Shown: positions 16,342-26,141, counted from the stretch's first letter. The stretch is DNA of 32,401 nucleotides from Candidatus Bipolaricaulota bacterium (GCA_040752575.1 JBFMGK010000037.1:1-32401), one strand, 5' to 3'. The notes: generated by a model not told the origin, from the letters alone. Program-made: numbers and translations.

Positions 16342-17646
16342 CTAGGGAGTGCCGATCGCCGCAAGCAGAGACACAACGCCCGGATCCTCGGGTGCGTAGC
16401 GGCGTGCCTTGAACACCTCGTTGCGGATCCCGCGCGGTCCGGTCGTCGCGAACGGGTTCACGAATTCCCACATGAGGCCTCCCGCGGCGTCGACCTCGAA
16501 GAGCCGACCGTCGTCTCCCTCACAAATGAGCGTATTGCCGTTAGGCAGACGTTGGGCACCCGAGATGTGCTGCGAGAGAAAACCCGGCGCCGTATAGCGC
16601 CAGACGAGCTCGCCGATCGTCGAGGGGCACCCGTCGGAAGACGTTCCGAGGACGAGAGACAGGGCGATCTCGTCGACACTGGACTCGGAGGCAGCGGAGT
16701 CGCCGCCGCCGTTGTTGAAGACCAGGATGTTCCCTTCGCCCGGGCACCCCGAGGCAATCCACTGCGCGTCGTGTTGCGCGAACAACGTCTGGTCCTGCGA
16801 GGAACCGCAGCCGTACGCGGCGGGGTTTCCCATCCGCCCCAAGAGGTCGCCGCCCCTTCCTCCCCGGCCGCCCTCCGTTCCTGCGGCTTCCGCAGATGTC
16901 GTCGAGTGATCGATGACCCAGATCTCGTTCCACTCGCGAACCGAGACCAGGATCTGGTCGGTCAACGGGTTGTAGGCGACGGAATTCGTGTGGTTCCAAT
17001 CGGCGGAACCGCCTGCAGCTGGGTAATTCACGTCGATCCTTTCAGGATGCTCGGCCACCACGCCGTAGTCTGGCTTGCGAGGATCGCGGTCTTGTACGAG
17101 GTGATCCCAGACATGCCATTCCCAGACGATCTCTCCGCCCGTCGGGTAGATCGGGCGCACCTCGAGGAGACTGTCCGGCCACAGTTCCCCGTCGGGCAGG
17201 AGGCGGGGGTCTCGCCCGGCCGAGAGGGCTTGCGCGCGCGTCTTGGCCTCCCAGGCAATCACGAGGACGTTGCCGTTGGGCAAGGGCTCCACGTCGTGAT
17301 GAAGCCGCCGCTCGGCCGTCGACAGGACGAACTCCCAGACGACGTGTCCGTCGGGGGCGATCTCCCGCACGCGACCGCCGGCGCCGCCACGATCGAACTG
17401 ACGCTCACCCTGGGGAGGAGCGACGGCCTCGGTGCGGAGCAGATGACCGTTGGGCAAGAGATAGACGGCATTGCCTGCCGGTGCGTCGCTCTTCCACTCG
17501 TGAACGACTTGTCCCGCGAGGTCCACGAGGAATGTGGACGTCAGAGAAATGGGAGCGAACAGGGTGTACCCGGGGAAGGAATCCCCGGCGATCCCAGGGA
17601 TCGCAAGGATGCAGCAGCAGGCCAGGCAGATTCCCCAGCGCGTCAT
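16342..17646 (-). CDS. Aryl-sulfate sulfotransferase (ASST) family secreted beta-propeller protein
   Basis: Signal peptide; GYTLFAP, LHHDVEPLPNGN, DWNHTNS, FAQHDAQW, SGAQRLPNGNTLICEG; AAGGAGG RBS. Confidence 0.85.
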   Translation of the reverse strand: MTRWGICLACCCILAIPGIAGDSFPGYTLFAPISLTSTFLVDLAGQVVHEWKSDAPAGNAVYLLPNGHLLRTEAVAPPQGERQFDRGGAGGRVREIAPDGHVVWEFVLSTAERRLHHDVEPLPNGNVLVIAWEAKTRAQALSAGRDPRLLPDGELWPDSLLEVRPIYPTGGEIVWEWHVWDHLVQDRDPRKPDYGVVAEHPERIDVNYPAAGGSADWNHTNSVAYNPLTDQILVSVREWNEIWVIDHSTTSAEAAGTEGGRGGRGGDLLGRMGNPAAYGCGSSQDQTLFAQHDAQWIASGCPGEGNILVFNNGGGDSAASESSVDEIALSLVLGTSSDGCPSTIGELVWRYTAPGFLSQHISGAQRLPNGNTLICEGDDGRLFEVDAAGGLMWEFVNPFATTGPRGIRNEVFKARRYAPEDPGVVSLLAAIGTP

Positions 17647-17707
17647 CTGGACCTCCTTGATGGAGAACGTACCCGCTCGAGGTCGGGCGGTGTCTCCATT
17701 GGGGGGG

Positions 17708-18982
17708 CTAGTGTACGCGGGCGGACCCGGGGCGCGGGCGGTGGCGGCTCACATACGGTGAACCGGACCGCGTCCCGGGAGCCTTCCGGAAAGAACGGGG
17801 GAGCGAGGCTGCCGGTGCGATCCGCGCGGCGAACTGCGTCTCCGGGCTAAAGTCGCCGTAGTCGAAGTCGGGCAGTCTTCGGCGCTCGATCGGGGCGCCC
17901 ACCGCACGCTCGACATCGCGAACCAGGAGGGTGTCGGCCGGAGAGGCCAGCGTGAACGCTTCCCCGACCTGGTCTGCTCGGCCTGTTCGGCCGATGCGGT
18001 GGATGTACGCGTCCACCGTGCCTGGGATGTCGACGTTGATCACGTGCGTGATGCCTGAGACGTCGATCCCGCGCGCCGCCACGTCCGTCGCGACGAGGAT
18101 GTCGTAGCGCTCTCCTCGGAAGCCGTCGATGGCCGTCTGACGCTGGGCCTGGGACATGTTCCCCTGGAGTGCGGCCGCGCGGTGGCCTGCCTTGGCGAGC
18201 GCGAGCGCCAGGTTCCGGGCCCGATATTTCGTGCGCGTGAACACCAAGACGCGGCCGGTGGCCGTGCGGCGAAGGAGGGCAAGAAGGAGACTCGTCTTCA
18301 GGGTTTCGGGCACGGGATACAGGGCGTGGGAGACCGTCCTGGCCGGAGCCATGGCGTCCACCTGCACCATCGCCGGATCGTGCAGGAGACTCTGGGCCAG
18401 GGCCCGAATGTCCTGAGGCATCGTCGCACAGAAGAACAGCGTCTGGCGACGCGGCGGAAGGTGGCGCAGGATGCGGCGGATGTCGGGCAAAAAGCCCATG
18501 TCGCACATGCGATCCGCTTCATCGAGGACCAGGACCTCGACGTGCGAGAGGTCGAGTTCCCCGTCGCCAAGGTGGTCGAGGAGACGTCCCGGACAGGCGA
18601 TGACGACGTCTACCCCTCGCCGAAGCGCGGCCTCTTGTGCGCGCTTGCTCACCCCGCCGTAGACGACCGCGCTGCGCAGAGCCGTGTGACGGCCGAAATC
18701 CCGGGCGGTCTGGTGGATCTGTTCGGCAAGTTCACGCGTTGGCGCCAGCACGAGAGCGCGGACGGTGCCTTTCACCTGCCCGGGTTGCCGCACCAGTCGA
18801 TCGAGAACGGGGAGCATGAATGCGGCCGTTTTTCCTGTTCCCGTTTGGGCGAGCCCGAGGACGTCGCGGCGCGCAAGCACCGCGGGGATCGCTTGCTCCT
18901 GGATTGGGGTTGGAGAGGTGAACCCGACGTCACGGACGCCGGAGAGAACGCGGGGGTGAAGCGCAAAGCGGTCAAAACTCAC
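17708..18982 (-). CDS. DEAD-box RNA helicase (RhlE-like)
   Basis: Q motif PTPIQ, AQTGTGKT, PTRELA, DEAD, CAT (usually SAT), ATDVAARGID, YIHRIGRTGR. GTG at 18982 after AAGGAGG. Confidence 0.95.
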   Translation of the reverse strand: MSFDRFALHPRVLSGVRDVGFTSPTPIQEQAIPAVLARRDVLGLAQTGTGKTAAFMLPVLDRLVRQPGQVKGTVRALVLAPTRELAEQIHQTARDFGRHTALRSAVVYGGVSKRAQEAALRRGVDVVIACPGRLLDHLGDGELDLSHVEVLVLDEADRMCDMGFLPDIRRILRHLPPRRQTLFFCATMPQDIRALAQSLLHDPAMVQVDAMAPARTVSHALYPVPETLKTSLLLALLRRTATGRVLVFTRTKYRARNLALALAKAGHRAAALQGNMSQAQRQTAIDGFRGERYDILVATDVAARGIDVSGITHVINVDIPGTVDAYIHRIGRTGRADQVGEAFTLASPADTLLVRDVERAVGAPIERRRLPDFDYGDFSPETQFAARIAPAASLPRSFRKAPGTRSGSPYVSRHRPRPGSARVH

Positions 18983-19277
18983 GAGGAGTGCCTCCTTGAA
19001 GCGTACCGCACACAACCGTGCGGTGAAAAGCGTGATCTGCAGTCATCGGAACCGCAACGAACCTACGGCAAGCAGATAACACGCGGATCATAGCCGCTCC
19101 AGAGGAAGAAATCCAGGTCCGTCGGGCCTCCGGAGGAGCCCAACGCGGAGAAGCGCTGTGAGGACGCGCGGAACCTGCGCGGACGACGCGGTGGACACCT
19201 CCGAGGATCTGAGATAAGGTCTGGGGGCGCGAGCGTAAGCTCGTCGCGAGATCCTCGAGGCGAGAAAGGGGGAAGCA

Positions 19278-20156
19278 ATGTCTTGGGTATGGATCCTCGT
19301 GATCGCCGTCGTGGTGATCTTCCTTCTTGGAATCCGGGTTGTGCGTCCGACCCATCGGGCGCTCGTCGAGCGCCTCGGGCGCTACCAGCGGTTTGGGAAC
19401 CCGGGGTTCCATTGGGTCGTTCCTCTCATCGATCGGCTCATCACGATCAACGTGACCGAGCAGATGGTTGACGCACAGCCGCAGGAGATCATCACCAACG
19501 ACAACCTCAACGCGCGCGTCGATGCTCAGGTCTACTTCAAGGTCAAGAGCGACGAGGAGAGCGTGAAGAGCTCGCAGTACAACGTGAACAACTACCAGGT
19601 CCAGATCGTGAACCTGGCGCGCACGACGCTGCGCAACATCATCGGAACCATGACGCTGAAGTCCGCGAACAGCGAGCGGGACCGCATCAACAGCGAACTC
19701 CTTGCGACGCTGTCCGCCGAGACCAAGAACTGGGGCATGGAGATCGTCCGTACCGAACTGAAGGAGATCGATCCGCCGAAGGACGTACAGGAGACGATGA
19801 ACAAAGTCGTCAAGGCGGAGAACGAGAAGATCGCTGCGCTGGACTTCGCGAATGCGCTGGAACGCCAGGCCGATGGAGAAAAGCGAGCCGAGATCAAGAA
19901 GGCTGAAGGGATCAAACAGGCGAAGATCCTCGCTGCCGAAGGCGAGGCGGAGGCCATTCGCCTCGTGAACGAGGCGGCGAATACGTACTTCGTCGGCAAC
20001 GCTCAGCTCCTGCGCAAGCTCGAAGCTCTCGAGCGATCGCTGCGCGACAACGCGAAGATCGTGATTCCCGAAGGGGCGGACCTGGTCAACGTGATCGGGG
20101 AACTCGCGGGCGTGACGCCCGTTCCCGTGAGGCGATCGGGATCCGACGCCAAGTAG
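19278..20156 (+). CDS. SPFH / band 7 / stomatin-like membrane protein
   Basis: N-terminal TM, LVERLGRY, QEIITNDN..VDAQVYF, TTLRNIIG, coiled-coil AEG repeats. Confidence 0.92.
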   Translation: MSWVWILVIAVVVIFLLGIRVVRPTHRALVERLGRYQRFGNPGFHWVVPLIDRLITINVTEQMVDAQPQEIITNDNLNARVDAQVYFKVKSDEESVKSSQYNVNNYQVQIVNLARTTLRNIIGTMTLKSANSERDRINSELLATLSAETKNWGMEIVRTELKEIDPPKDVQETMNKVVKAENEKIAALDFANALERQADGEKRAEIKKAEGIKQAKILAAEGEAEAIRLVNEAANTYFVGNAQLLRKLEALERSLRDNAKIVIPEGADLVNVIGELAGVTPVPVRRSGSDAK

Positions 20157-20179
20157 GCATCGGCTGTGAGGAGTCTCTG

Positions 20180-20208
20180 GCGCGCCCCCGCGGGGGCGCG
20201 CGTCTCTT
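20180..20208 (+). terminator. GC-rich hairpin after the SPFH gene
   Basis: GCGCGCCCCC-GC-GGGGGCGCGC followed by GTCTCTT. Confidence 0.5.
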
Positions 20209-20224
20209 GGGAGGGCGATCGTCG

Positions 20225-21508
20225 TTGTCCGAGCAGTGGGTCATCGAGTCGACGCCGGGCATGCCGGCCACCGAGGACTCCCTCGCCGACGACCTCGCGG
20301 CGCTCGGTGTGCGGGCGGGGATGACGCTCCTCGTCCACTCTTCGCTGAGTTCCCTGGGCTGGGTCTGCGGCGGTGTCGTCGCCGTGATTCGGGCACTTGA
20401 GCGGGCGGTGGGCCCGTCCGGGACGTTGGTCATGCCCGCGCACTCCGGGGATCTCACCGACCCTCGAGATTGGTGCCATCCTCCGGTTCCCGAGGCCTGG
20501 AAGCCGCTGATCCGTGCCGCTACGCCGGCGTATGACCCCCGACGCACGCCGACTCGCGCCGTGGGGAGGGTGGCCGAAGCCTTCAGGTCCTGGCCCGAGG
20601 TCGTCCGGAGCCCTCATCCCTACGTTTCGTTTGCCGCGCGGGGTCGTCTTGCCGAGGCCGTCTGCGCGCAGCACGCAATGGACTTCGGACTCGGCGAGAC
20701 CTCTCCGCTTGCGCGGCTGTATGAACTCGATGCATGGGTGCTCCTCCTCGGTGTTGGGCACTTCGCGAACACCTCGATGCACCTGGCCGAGTATCGGGCG
20801 GTGTACCCCGGGAAGCGCGAAGTTCTCCAGGGGGCTCCGGTCGTGCAGAGTGGCGAGCGGGTCTGGGCTTCTATTCGGGACCTGGAGTTGAGCACCGACG
20901 ACTTCCCGGCCATCGGGGCCGAGTTCTCCCAGACGACGGGACTTGTGCGAACGCACCGCGTGGGAGCGGGAGCGGCGTTGTTGATGCCTCAACGTCCCCT
21001 CGTCGACTTCGCTGTCTCCTGGATGGGCGAGCGGCGGGGGCTCCCCTCGCCTCGACGCGAGATTCGGATCCGCCTCACGATCGCCGAGGACCGTCAGGAA
21101 TGGCTTCGGCTGCGCTCCGAGCTCTGGCCGCAGTCCGACCGCGTCGCCCTCGAGAGAGAACTCGATCTACTGTGCGCTGATCGCCGAACGGCGACGTTTG
21201 TCGCCGAGGCGAGCGACGGACACATCTGCGGAATGGCCGAGGTCGCCCTGCGCGACGAGGCAGAGGGGTGCTCGACGAGTCCCGTGGGGTATCTCGAGGG
21301 CTGGTATGTGGAACCGCGATTCCGCAGACAAGGAATCGGCCGGCGGCTCGCGGAGACCTGCGAGTCGTGGGCCGGGGAGCAGGGCTGCCGGGAGATGGCC
21401 TCCGACACGACGCCGTCGTATCCCGAGAGCCCTTCTGCGCATGCGTCCGCCGAGTACGAGCGGGCGGGCATCACGCTGCACTTCCGTAAGTCCCTCAAGC
21501 CGTTCTGA
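20225..21508 (+). CDS. Fusion of an AAC(3)/YokD-family (Antibiotic_NAT) acetyltransferase and an AAC(6')-I-like GNAT domain
   Basis: N-terminal LLVHSSLSSLGWVCGG, GTLVMP, RSPHPYVSFAARG, NTSMHLAEYRA. C-terminal WLRLRSELWP, EGCSTSPVGYLEGWYVEP.FRRQGIGRRL, GCREMASDT. One continuous frame; TTG start after GGGAGGG. Confidence 0.85.
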   Translation: MSEQWVIESTPGMPATEDSLADDLAALGVRAGMTLLVHSSLSSLGWVCGGVVAVIRALERAVGPSGTLVMPAHSGDLTDPRDWCHPPVPEAWKPLIRAATPAYDPRRTPTRAVGRVAEAFRSWPEVVRSPHPYVSFAARGRLAEAVCAQHAMDFGLGETSPLARLYELDAWVLLLGVGHFANTSMHLAEYRAVYPGKREVLQGAPVVQSGERVWASIRDLELSTDDFPAIGAEFSQTTGLVRTHRVGAGAALLMPQRPLVDFAVSWMGERRGLPSPRREIRIRLTIAEDRQEWLRLRSELWPQSDRVALERELDLLCADRRTATFVAEASDGHICGMAEVALRDEAEGCSTSPVGYLEGWYVEPRFRRQGIGRRLAETCESWAGEQGCREMASDTTPSYPESPSAHASAEYERAGITLHFRKSLKPF

Positions 21509-21582
21509 CGGTCGCGCGACGGACATTCTGCCTATCTCCTCTAAGAACCGCGGCGCTCGACACCCCTTGCGCTGCGGACGGA

Positions 21583-21611
21583 TTGTCGCTTCGCCCGACT
21601 TGACTTACAGT
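21583..21611 (+). promoter_or_regulatory. Putative sigma70 promoter
   Basis: TTGTCG-N17-TACAGT upstream of GAGGAGGAG and GTG 21637. Confidence 0.4.
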
Positions 21612-21636
21612 GGCGGCGAGTTCGAGAGGAGGAGAT

Positions 21637-23223
21637 GTGACCGACCGGACGCTCAACGACGTGTTTCGCAGGGCGTGCACGACGTTCCCTGACCACGTGG
21701 TCATCCGCAATCCCGGCCCAGTGCCCTGTGAACCGGCGGAGGTCACCTACGAAGAACTTCGCGCCCTGGTCGACCGCACGGCGGCCGGCCTCGCGAGCCT
21801 CGGCGTTGGCAAGGGCGACCGGGTTGCGCTGATCTCGCGACCGCGGATCCGCTTTGCTGCGGCGACGTTCGCCGCGCTTCGCCTTGGGGCGTGGGTCATG
21901 CCGCTGGATCCATCCCTCACGCGTGAGGAGCTGGCGGCGCTGTTCGCCCACGCCGAGCCCAAGGCCGCGTTGGGCGAGGGCGACGTCGGCCTCCGGATTC
22001 CCGAGGAGACCTGCCCGTACATCGACCTCGACGACGCGCGCGGCCGCACGTTCGGCTCGCTTCTCGGTGAGGGCCCACTGCCGGACGTCGTCGTCGAGGC
22101 TTCCGACACGGCGTTCCTTGCGTACACCTCGGGAACTACCGGCGACCCGAAGGGGGTCATGCTCTCGCATGGCAATGTGGTGGCCGACTTGGCCAACGGC
22201 ACGCAGGTCATTGCGATGCTTGCCGACGACGTCCTGCTGTCCATCGCCCCGTGGCACCACATTCTCGGTCTCGTCGCGTGTCTTGTCCTTCCGATCTACG
22301 GGGGAGCGACCGCAATGTACACCGACGACTACCGCAGGATCGCGGAGCTCATGGTCGAGCACCGCGTCTCGATCTTCGTCGGGGTGCCGAAGCTGTACCA
22401 CGCCCTCTACGAACGGCTCCGAGCGAAGGCTCAGGGCACGCTTGCCGGGCGCGCTCTCTGGCGCGTCGCGCCCCGGATGGTTGGGCGACGGGTCAAGCAA
22501 CGTCTCACCGGCGGGCGCCTGCGGTTCTTCGTCTCGGGTTCGGCGCCGCTCGATCCGCGCGTCGCGCTGGGCTTCCGTCGCCTCGGGATCGGGATGATGG
22601 AGGGGTACGGTCTCACCGAGACGTCGCCCGTCGTGTCGCTGTGCCTTCCGTTCGGCAAGAAGGCCGGCTCGGTGGGACGTCCGATTCCCGGCGTCGAAGC
22701 GCGCGTCGACCGTCCCGGGGCAGACGGCGTCGGAGAGCTCGTCCTTCGGGGACCGATCGTCATGCAGGGCTACTACAAGAACGCCGCGGCAACGGCGCGG
22801 GCGATCGACCCCGACGGGTGGTTCCACACCGGCGACCTCGCCGCGCTCGACGAGGAGGGCGAGATCTTCCTCAAGGGACGGGTCAAGAACGTCATCGTGC
22901 TCGACACGGGAAAGAACGTCTATCCCGAGGAGATCGAGTGGGAGCTCGGGCGCATCCCCTACGTGGAAGAGGTCCTCGTCCGCGCCGGGAATGCGGGCGT
23001 CGAAGCGGTCGTCTTTCCGAATCGCGAGCGGCTTGCCGCGGACGGTTTGCTCGAGCGTGTGCGCGAAGCGATCTGGGAGTCGATCCGTCGCGCGCAGACC
23101 CGTCTTGCGCCCTACAAACGCTTGCGGAGCATCGCGCAGCTCATTCTCGTCGATCGTCCGTTTCCGAAGACGAGCACGCTCGACATCAAGCGGCACCTCC
23201 TTCGCGACGACGCAGAGAGCTAG
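21637..23223 (+). CDS. AMP-binding enzyme, long-chain acyl-CoA synthetase-like
   Basis: YTSGTTGDPKG, EGYGLTETSP, GWFHTGD, GRVKNVIV..GKNVYPEEIE. Confidence 0.92.
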   Translation: MTDRTLNDVFRRACTTFPDHVVIRNPGPVPCEPAEVTYEELRALVDRTAAGLASLGVGKGDRVALISRPRIRFAAATFAALRLGAWVMPLDPSLTREELAALFAHAEPKAALGEGDVGLRIPEETCPYIDLDDARGRTFGSLLGEGPLPDVVVEASDTAFLAYTSGTTGDPKGVMLSHGNVVADLANGTQVIAMLADDVLLSIAPWHHILGLVACLVLPIYGGATAMYTDDYRRIAELMVEHRVSIFVGVPKLYHALYERLRAKAQGTLAGRALWRVAPRMVGRRVKQRLTGGRLRFFVSGSAPLDPRVALGFRRLGIGMMEGYGLTETSPVVSLCLPFGKKAGSVGRPIPGVEARVDRPGADGVGELVLRGPIVMQGYYKNAAATARAIDPDGWFHTGDLAALDEEGEIFLKGRVKNVIVLDTGKNVYPEEIEWELGRIPYVEEVLVRAGNAGVEAVVFPNRERLAADGLLERVREAIWESIRRAQTRLAPYKRLRSIAQLILVDRPFPKTSTLDIKRHLLRDDAES

Positions 23224-23389
23224 CTGCGCGTTCGGCACTCTTCCTTCACCGCCGCCCGGTCCGCACCGCCCGGTGCCTGCGCTGAGCGAGGGCCAAGGTG
23301 GCGAGGCAGCCGCCGGCCGAATACCCTACGCCCACGGGTGCGAGCGGCGGTGCGTAAGGAGCAGGCTGAAGGGCCTCGAAGAGGAGTCA

Positions 23390-25207
23390 GTGATGCGCGT
23401 CGCTCGAAAGCGGACGATTCTGGGGACCCTCGGTGCGGGCCTCGTTCTGGTTGGCGTGCTGTCGGGGTGCTCGCCGCGGGAGGCGGCAAGCTGGTCGCCT
23501 CCGACGCAGCGGGAGGTCGCGGCGGCGCTGGAAGGGCTGACGTTCCGCGACTTCGCCGACACGTCGTATCGCCAATTCCTTCTCCGCACGCCGCAGACGG
23601 TGACCGAGTGGGGTCTTGCGGAGGCGTTGGGCGTGCGCGACGACCGGCTCGACGACCTCTCAGACGCGGCCGTGCGCGAGACGTGGCGGATCGCGCAAGC
23701 GATCTTGACGAGTCTGCGCGAGTTCCGCTCCGAGAACCTCTCGGCCGAAGACCAGATCCTGTACGCAACGTGCGACAGTTACTGGACGGCGGCTGTCGAG
23801 CGGTTCGACCCGACCTTCCCCGACTACGCGGCGGATGGCGCGCCCGACGGGGCCCTAGAGCGTCTGGCGCGTCGCTTCCTCGACGTCCAGCAATTGGCGA
23901 CCGATGACGACGTGCGTGACTACTTGGCCTGTCTGCGCCAAGCCGGGCGGCAGATCGACCAGATCACTGCGCGCCTTCGACGCGACGCAGCCCGCGGGGT
24001 TGTGCCGCCCGTGGAGGTCCTCGGCCAGGTCCTCGCGCACCTCGCCCCGCTGCGGATCACCGAGACGTTCTCTCCGAGTCCCTATCTGCCGGAGCGGATT
24101 GTCGCCGGGCATCATCCTTTCCAGACGGCGTTCCGGAACCGGCTGATTGAAATCACCGACCGCGTGGACCGCGTAGCGCGTGTGGCTTATCTTGCCGAGT
24201 CGTTCGACCTGTTGGTCGAGGACGTGATCCCGGCGTACGAGCGACTCGCGAAGCGCGTCAGCGAGGTAGCCGGTCGAGCCGTGCTCGCCGCGGGTTCGTT
24301 GCGCCACACGCCTGGGGGCGATCGGGCGTACGCGCGACGGCTCCACGACGCATCAGGGGTTGACGTCGATCCGCTCGAAGCGCATCGGTTGGGGCGCGAG
24401 GCGGTGGCCGAGTTGCGGGCCGCCCTCGCCGAGGCGGAGCGAGTTGCCTCCCTCGAAGGCTCGATGAGAGATGCGGTCAGCGACGCTGCGGCGATGCAGA
24501 GCCCTGCCATAGATCGATGGCTCAGCGGCGCCGAGAACGCGACGAACCGCGTCGTGGGGCAGCTTCCGCAATCTCAACTCAGGATCGTGACCGCCGAGGG
24601 GACCGTGCGCTACATCCCTCCGACACCCGAGACCGCCGAGGGGGCGACTCTGGTGGTTCCCGCTCTTGAGGGCGAAGTGCCGGTCGAGGTTGGCGATGCG
24701 CTCTTGCGGGAAGCTTTCCCTGGTCTCCACGTCTTGCTTTCAACGTGGCGCGAGAGCCGTCAGCCCTCCGTTCTGGCGTGGCCCGTGCCGATCGGATGGA
24801 CGGAGGGGTGGCGTCTGTACGCGCTTCGCCTTGCCGACGAGGTGGGGCTGGCGGACGGCGATCCGGCGTTCGCCGTGCGGCGCCTGTCGGGCGAGCTTCG
24901 GCAGGCGCTGGCTCTGGTCGTCGACACGGGCATCCATGCCCTGGACTGGAGCCTCGACGACGTCACGATGTACTGCACGCCGGAGATGTCTCCCGAGGAG
25001 GCGGCCGCCCTGGCGAGCGAAGTGATCAACGGGCCCGGCCGCGCGGCGGCGGCGAGCCTGGCACTTGCCGAGATCCTTGCGTTGCGAGAAGCCGTCCAGC
25101 AGGCGCAGGGAAGCGTCTTCGACGAGGGGGCGTTCCACGATTGGCTCCTCGCTTTGGGTGCGGTGTCGTTCTCCGTGGCGCGACAGGCCCTTCAGACAGG
25201 TCCTTAG
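23390..25207 (+). CDS. DUF885 family lipoprotein (divergent)
   Basis: Lipobox LSG-C; PQTVTEWG...DDRLDDLS, EAFPGLH, EGWRLYA, LVVDTGIH..DWS, PGRA, FHDWLL.G. GTG/ATG start after GAGGAG. Confidence 0.82.
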   Translation: MMRVARKRTILGTLGAGLVLVGVLSGCSPREAASWSPPTQREVAAALEGLTFRDFADTSYRQFLLRTPQTVTEWGLAEALGVRDDRLDDLSDAAVRETWRIAQAILTSLREFRSENLSAEDQILYATCDSYWTAAVERFDPTFPDYAADGAPDGALERLARRFLDVQQLATDDDVRDYLACLRQAGRQIDQITARLRRDAARGVVPPVEVLGQVLAHLAPLRITETFSPSPYLPERIVAGHHPFQTAFRNRLIEITDRVDRVARVAYLAESFDLLVEDVIPAYERLAKRVSEVAGRAVLAAGSLRHTPGGDRAYARRLHDASGVDVDPLEAHRLGREAVAELRAALAEAERVASLEGSMRDAVSDAAAMQSPAIDRWLSGAENATNRVVGQLPQSQLRIVTAEGTVRYIPPTPETAEGATLVVPALEGEVPVEVGDALLREAFPGLHVLLSTWRESRQPSVLAWPVPIGWTEGWRLYALRLADEVGLADGDPAFAVRRLSGELRQALALVVDTGIHALDWSLDDVTMYCTPEMSPEEAAALASEVINGPGRAAAASLALAEILALREAVQQAQGSVFDEGAFHDWLLALGAVSFSVARQALQTGP

Positions 25208-25216
25208 AGTCGTCGG

Positions 25217-26077
25217 TCAGCCTTGCGGGTCGACGTGGCGTCGCCACAACGCCAGGGCGTGCTCGCGGGCGCTCACGACCTCTGCCCCGGCATCCGCGAA
25301 GAAGCGGCCAACGTTGTCGAGGTCGCGGACGAGAAGTTCGAGTGCGTCGGCGTTGTGACGCGGGTCCACCGCTTGGGGAAAGTCGATGATCGTCACGTGA
25401 CCCTGCCAATAGAGCATGTTGTACGGCGAGAGATCGGCGTGCACGCGATGCTTGACGAGAAACGTCTCGACGTTCGTCAGCACACGTTCGTAGAGCCGTG
25501 AGGCTTCGTCGCGCTCCAGCGAGACGCCGACCAGCACAGGCGCAGGAGTCTCGAGATTGCCGAGGTAGTCCATCAGGATTACGGGGCCGACGCGCTCGAG
25601 CGGGCAGGGCACGTCGCATCCGGCGGCGTGGAGCAACTCGAGAGTCCTCATCTCATGGGCGATCCACGCGCTGAACTTGTGGGTGCGACCATGCTGCGTC
25701 TTTTTCCCGAGTGCGCGAAGCACGCGTGCGTCGGGGCGCGCGCCGCGATCGCGGCCCTGCTGGTAGACCGTGTCGCGTTTGAAGCTGCGCATCTCGAGTG
25801 GGCGGTAAACCTTCGCCGCGACGAGATCCTTGCCGAGCGAAGGATGGGCGCGACAGCAATACACGACGGCCTCTTTGCCGCTCTTGATCGGGCGCACAAC
25901 ATCGAGGAGCAGGTGGTCCTCGATCAGCGGCGCGAGGTGCTGAAGCAGCTCCTCTTCGACGGTCTTCTCTTCGGGAGCGGGAGGCTTGGGAGTGGCGTTC
26001 TTTCTCAACGGTCGGCGATACGACTCGTCAGGCTCTTCGTAGTGGCGGATGGGACCTCCCTCGGGCGTCGGAGACAA
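25217..26077 (-). CDS. RIO-family atypical protein kinase
   Basis: IKSGKEAVVY, AAKVY, ILMDYLG, VHADLSPYNML, IIDFPQAV. TTG start is uncertain. Confidence 0.9.
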   Translation of the reverse strand: MSPTPEGGPIRHYEEPDESYRRPLRKNATPKPPAPEEKTVEEELLQHLAPLIEDHLLLDVVRPIKSGKEAVVYCCRAHPSLGKDLVAAKVYRPLEMRSFKRDTVYQQGRDRGARPDARVLRALGKKTQHGRTHKFSAWIAHEMRTLELLHAAGCDVPCPLERVGPVILMDYLGNLETPAPVLVGVSLERDEASRLYERVLTNVETFLVKHRVHADLSPYNMLYWQGHVTIIDFPQAVDPRHNADALELLVRDLDNVGRFFADAGAEVVSAREHALALWRRHVDPQG

Positions 26078-26141
26078 TCTGTCTCCGTTTCCGTGAGCAA
26101 CGGATGAGTATACCGCGCCACCTCACAAGCGAACGATGTCC

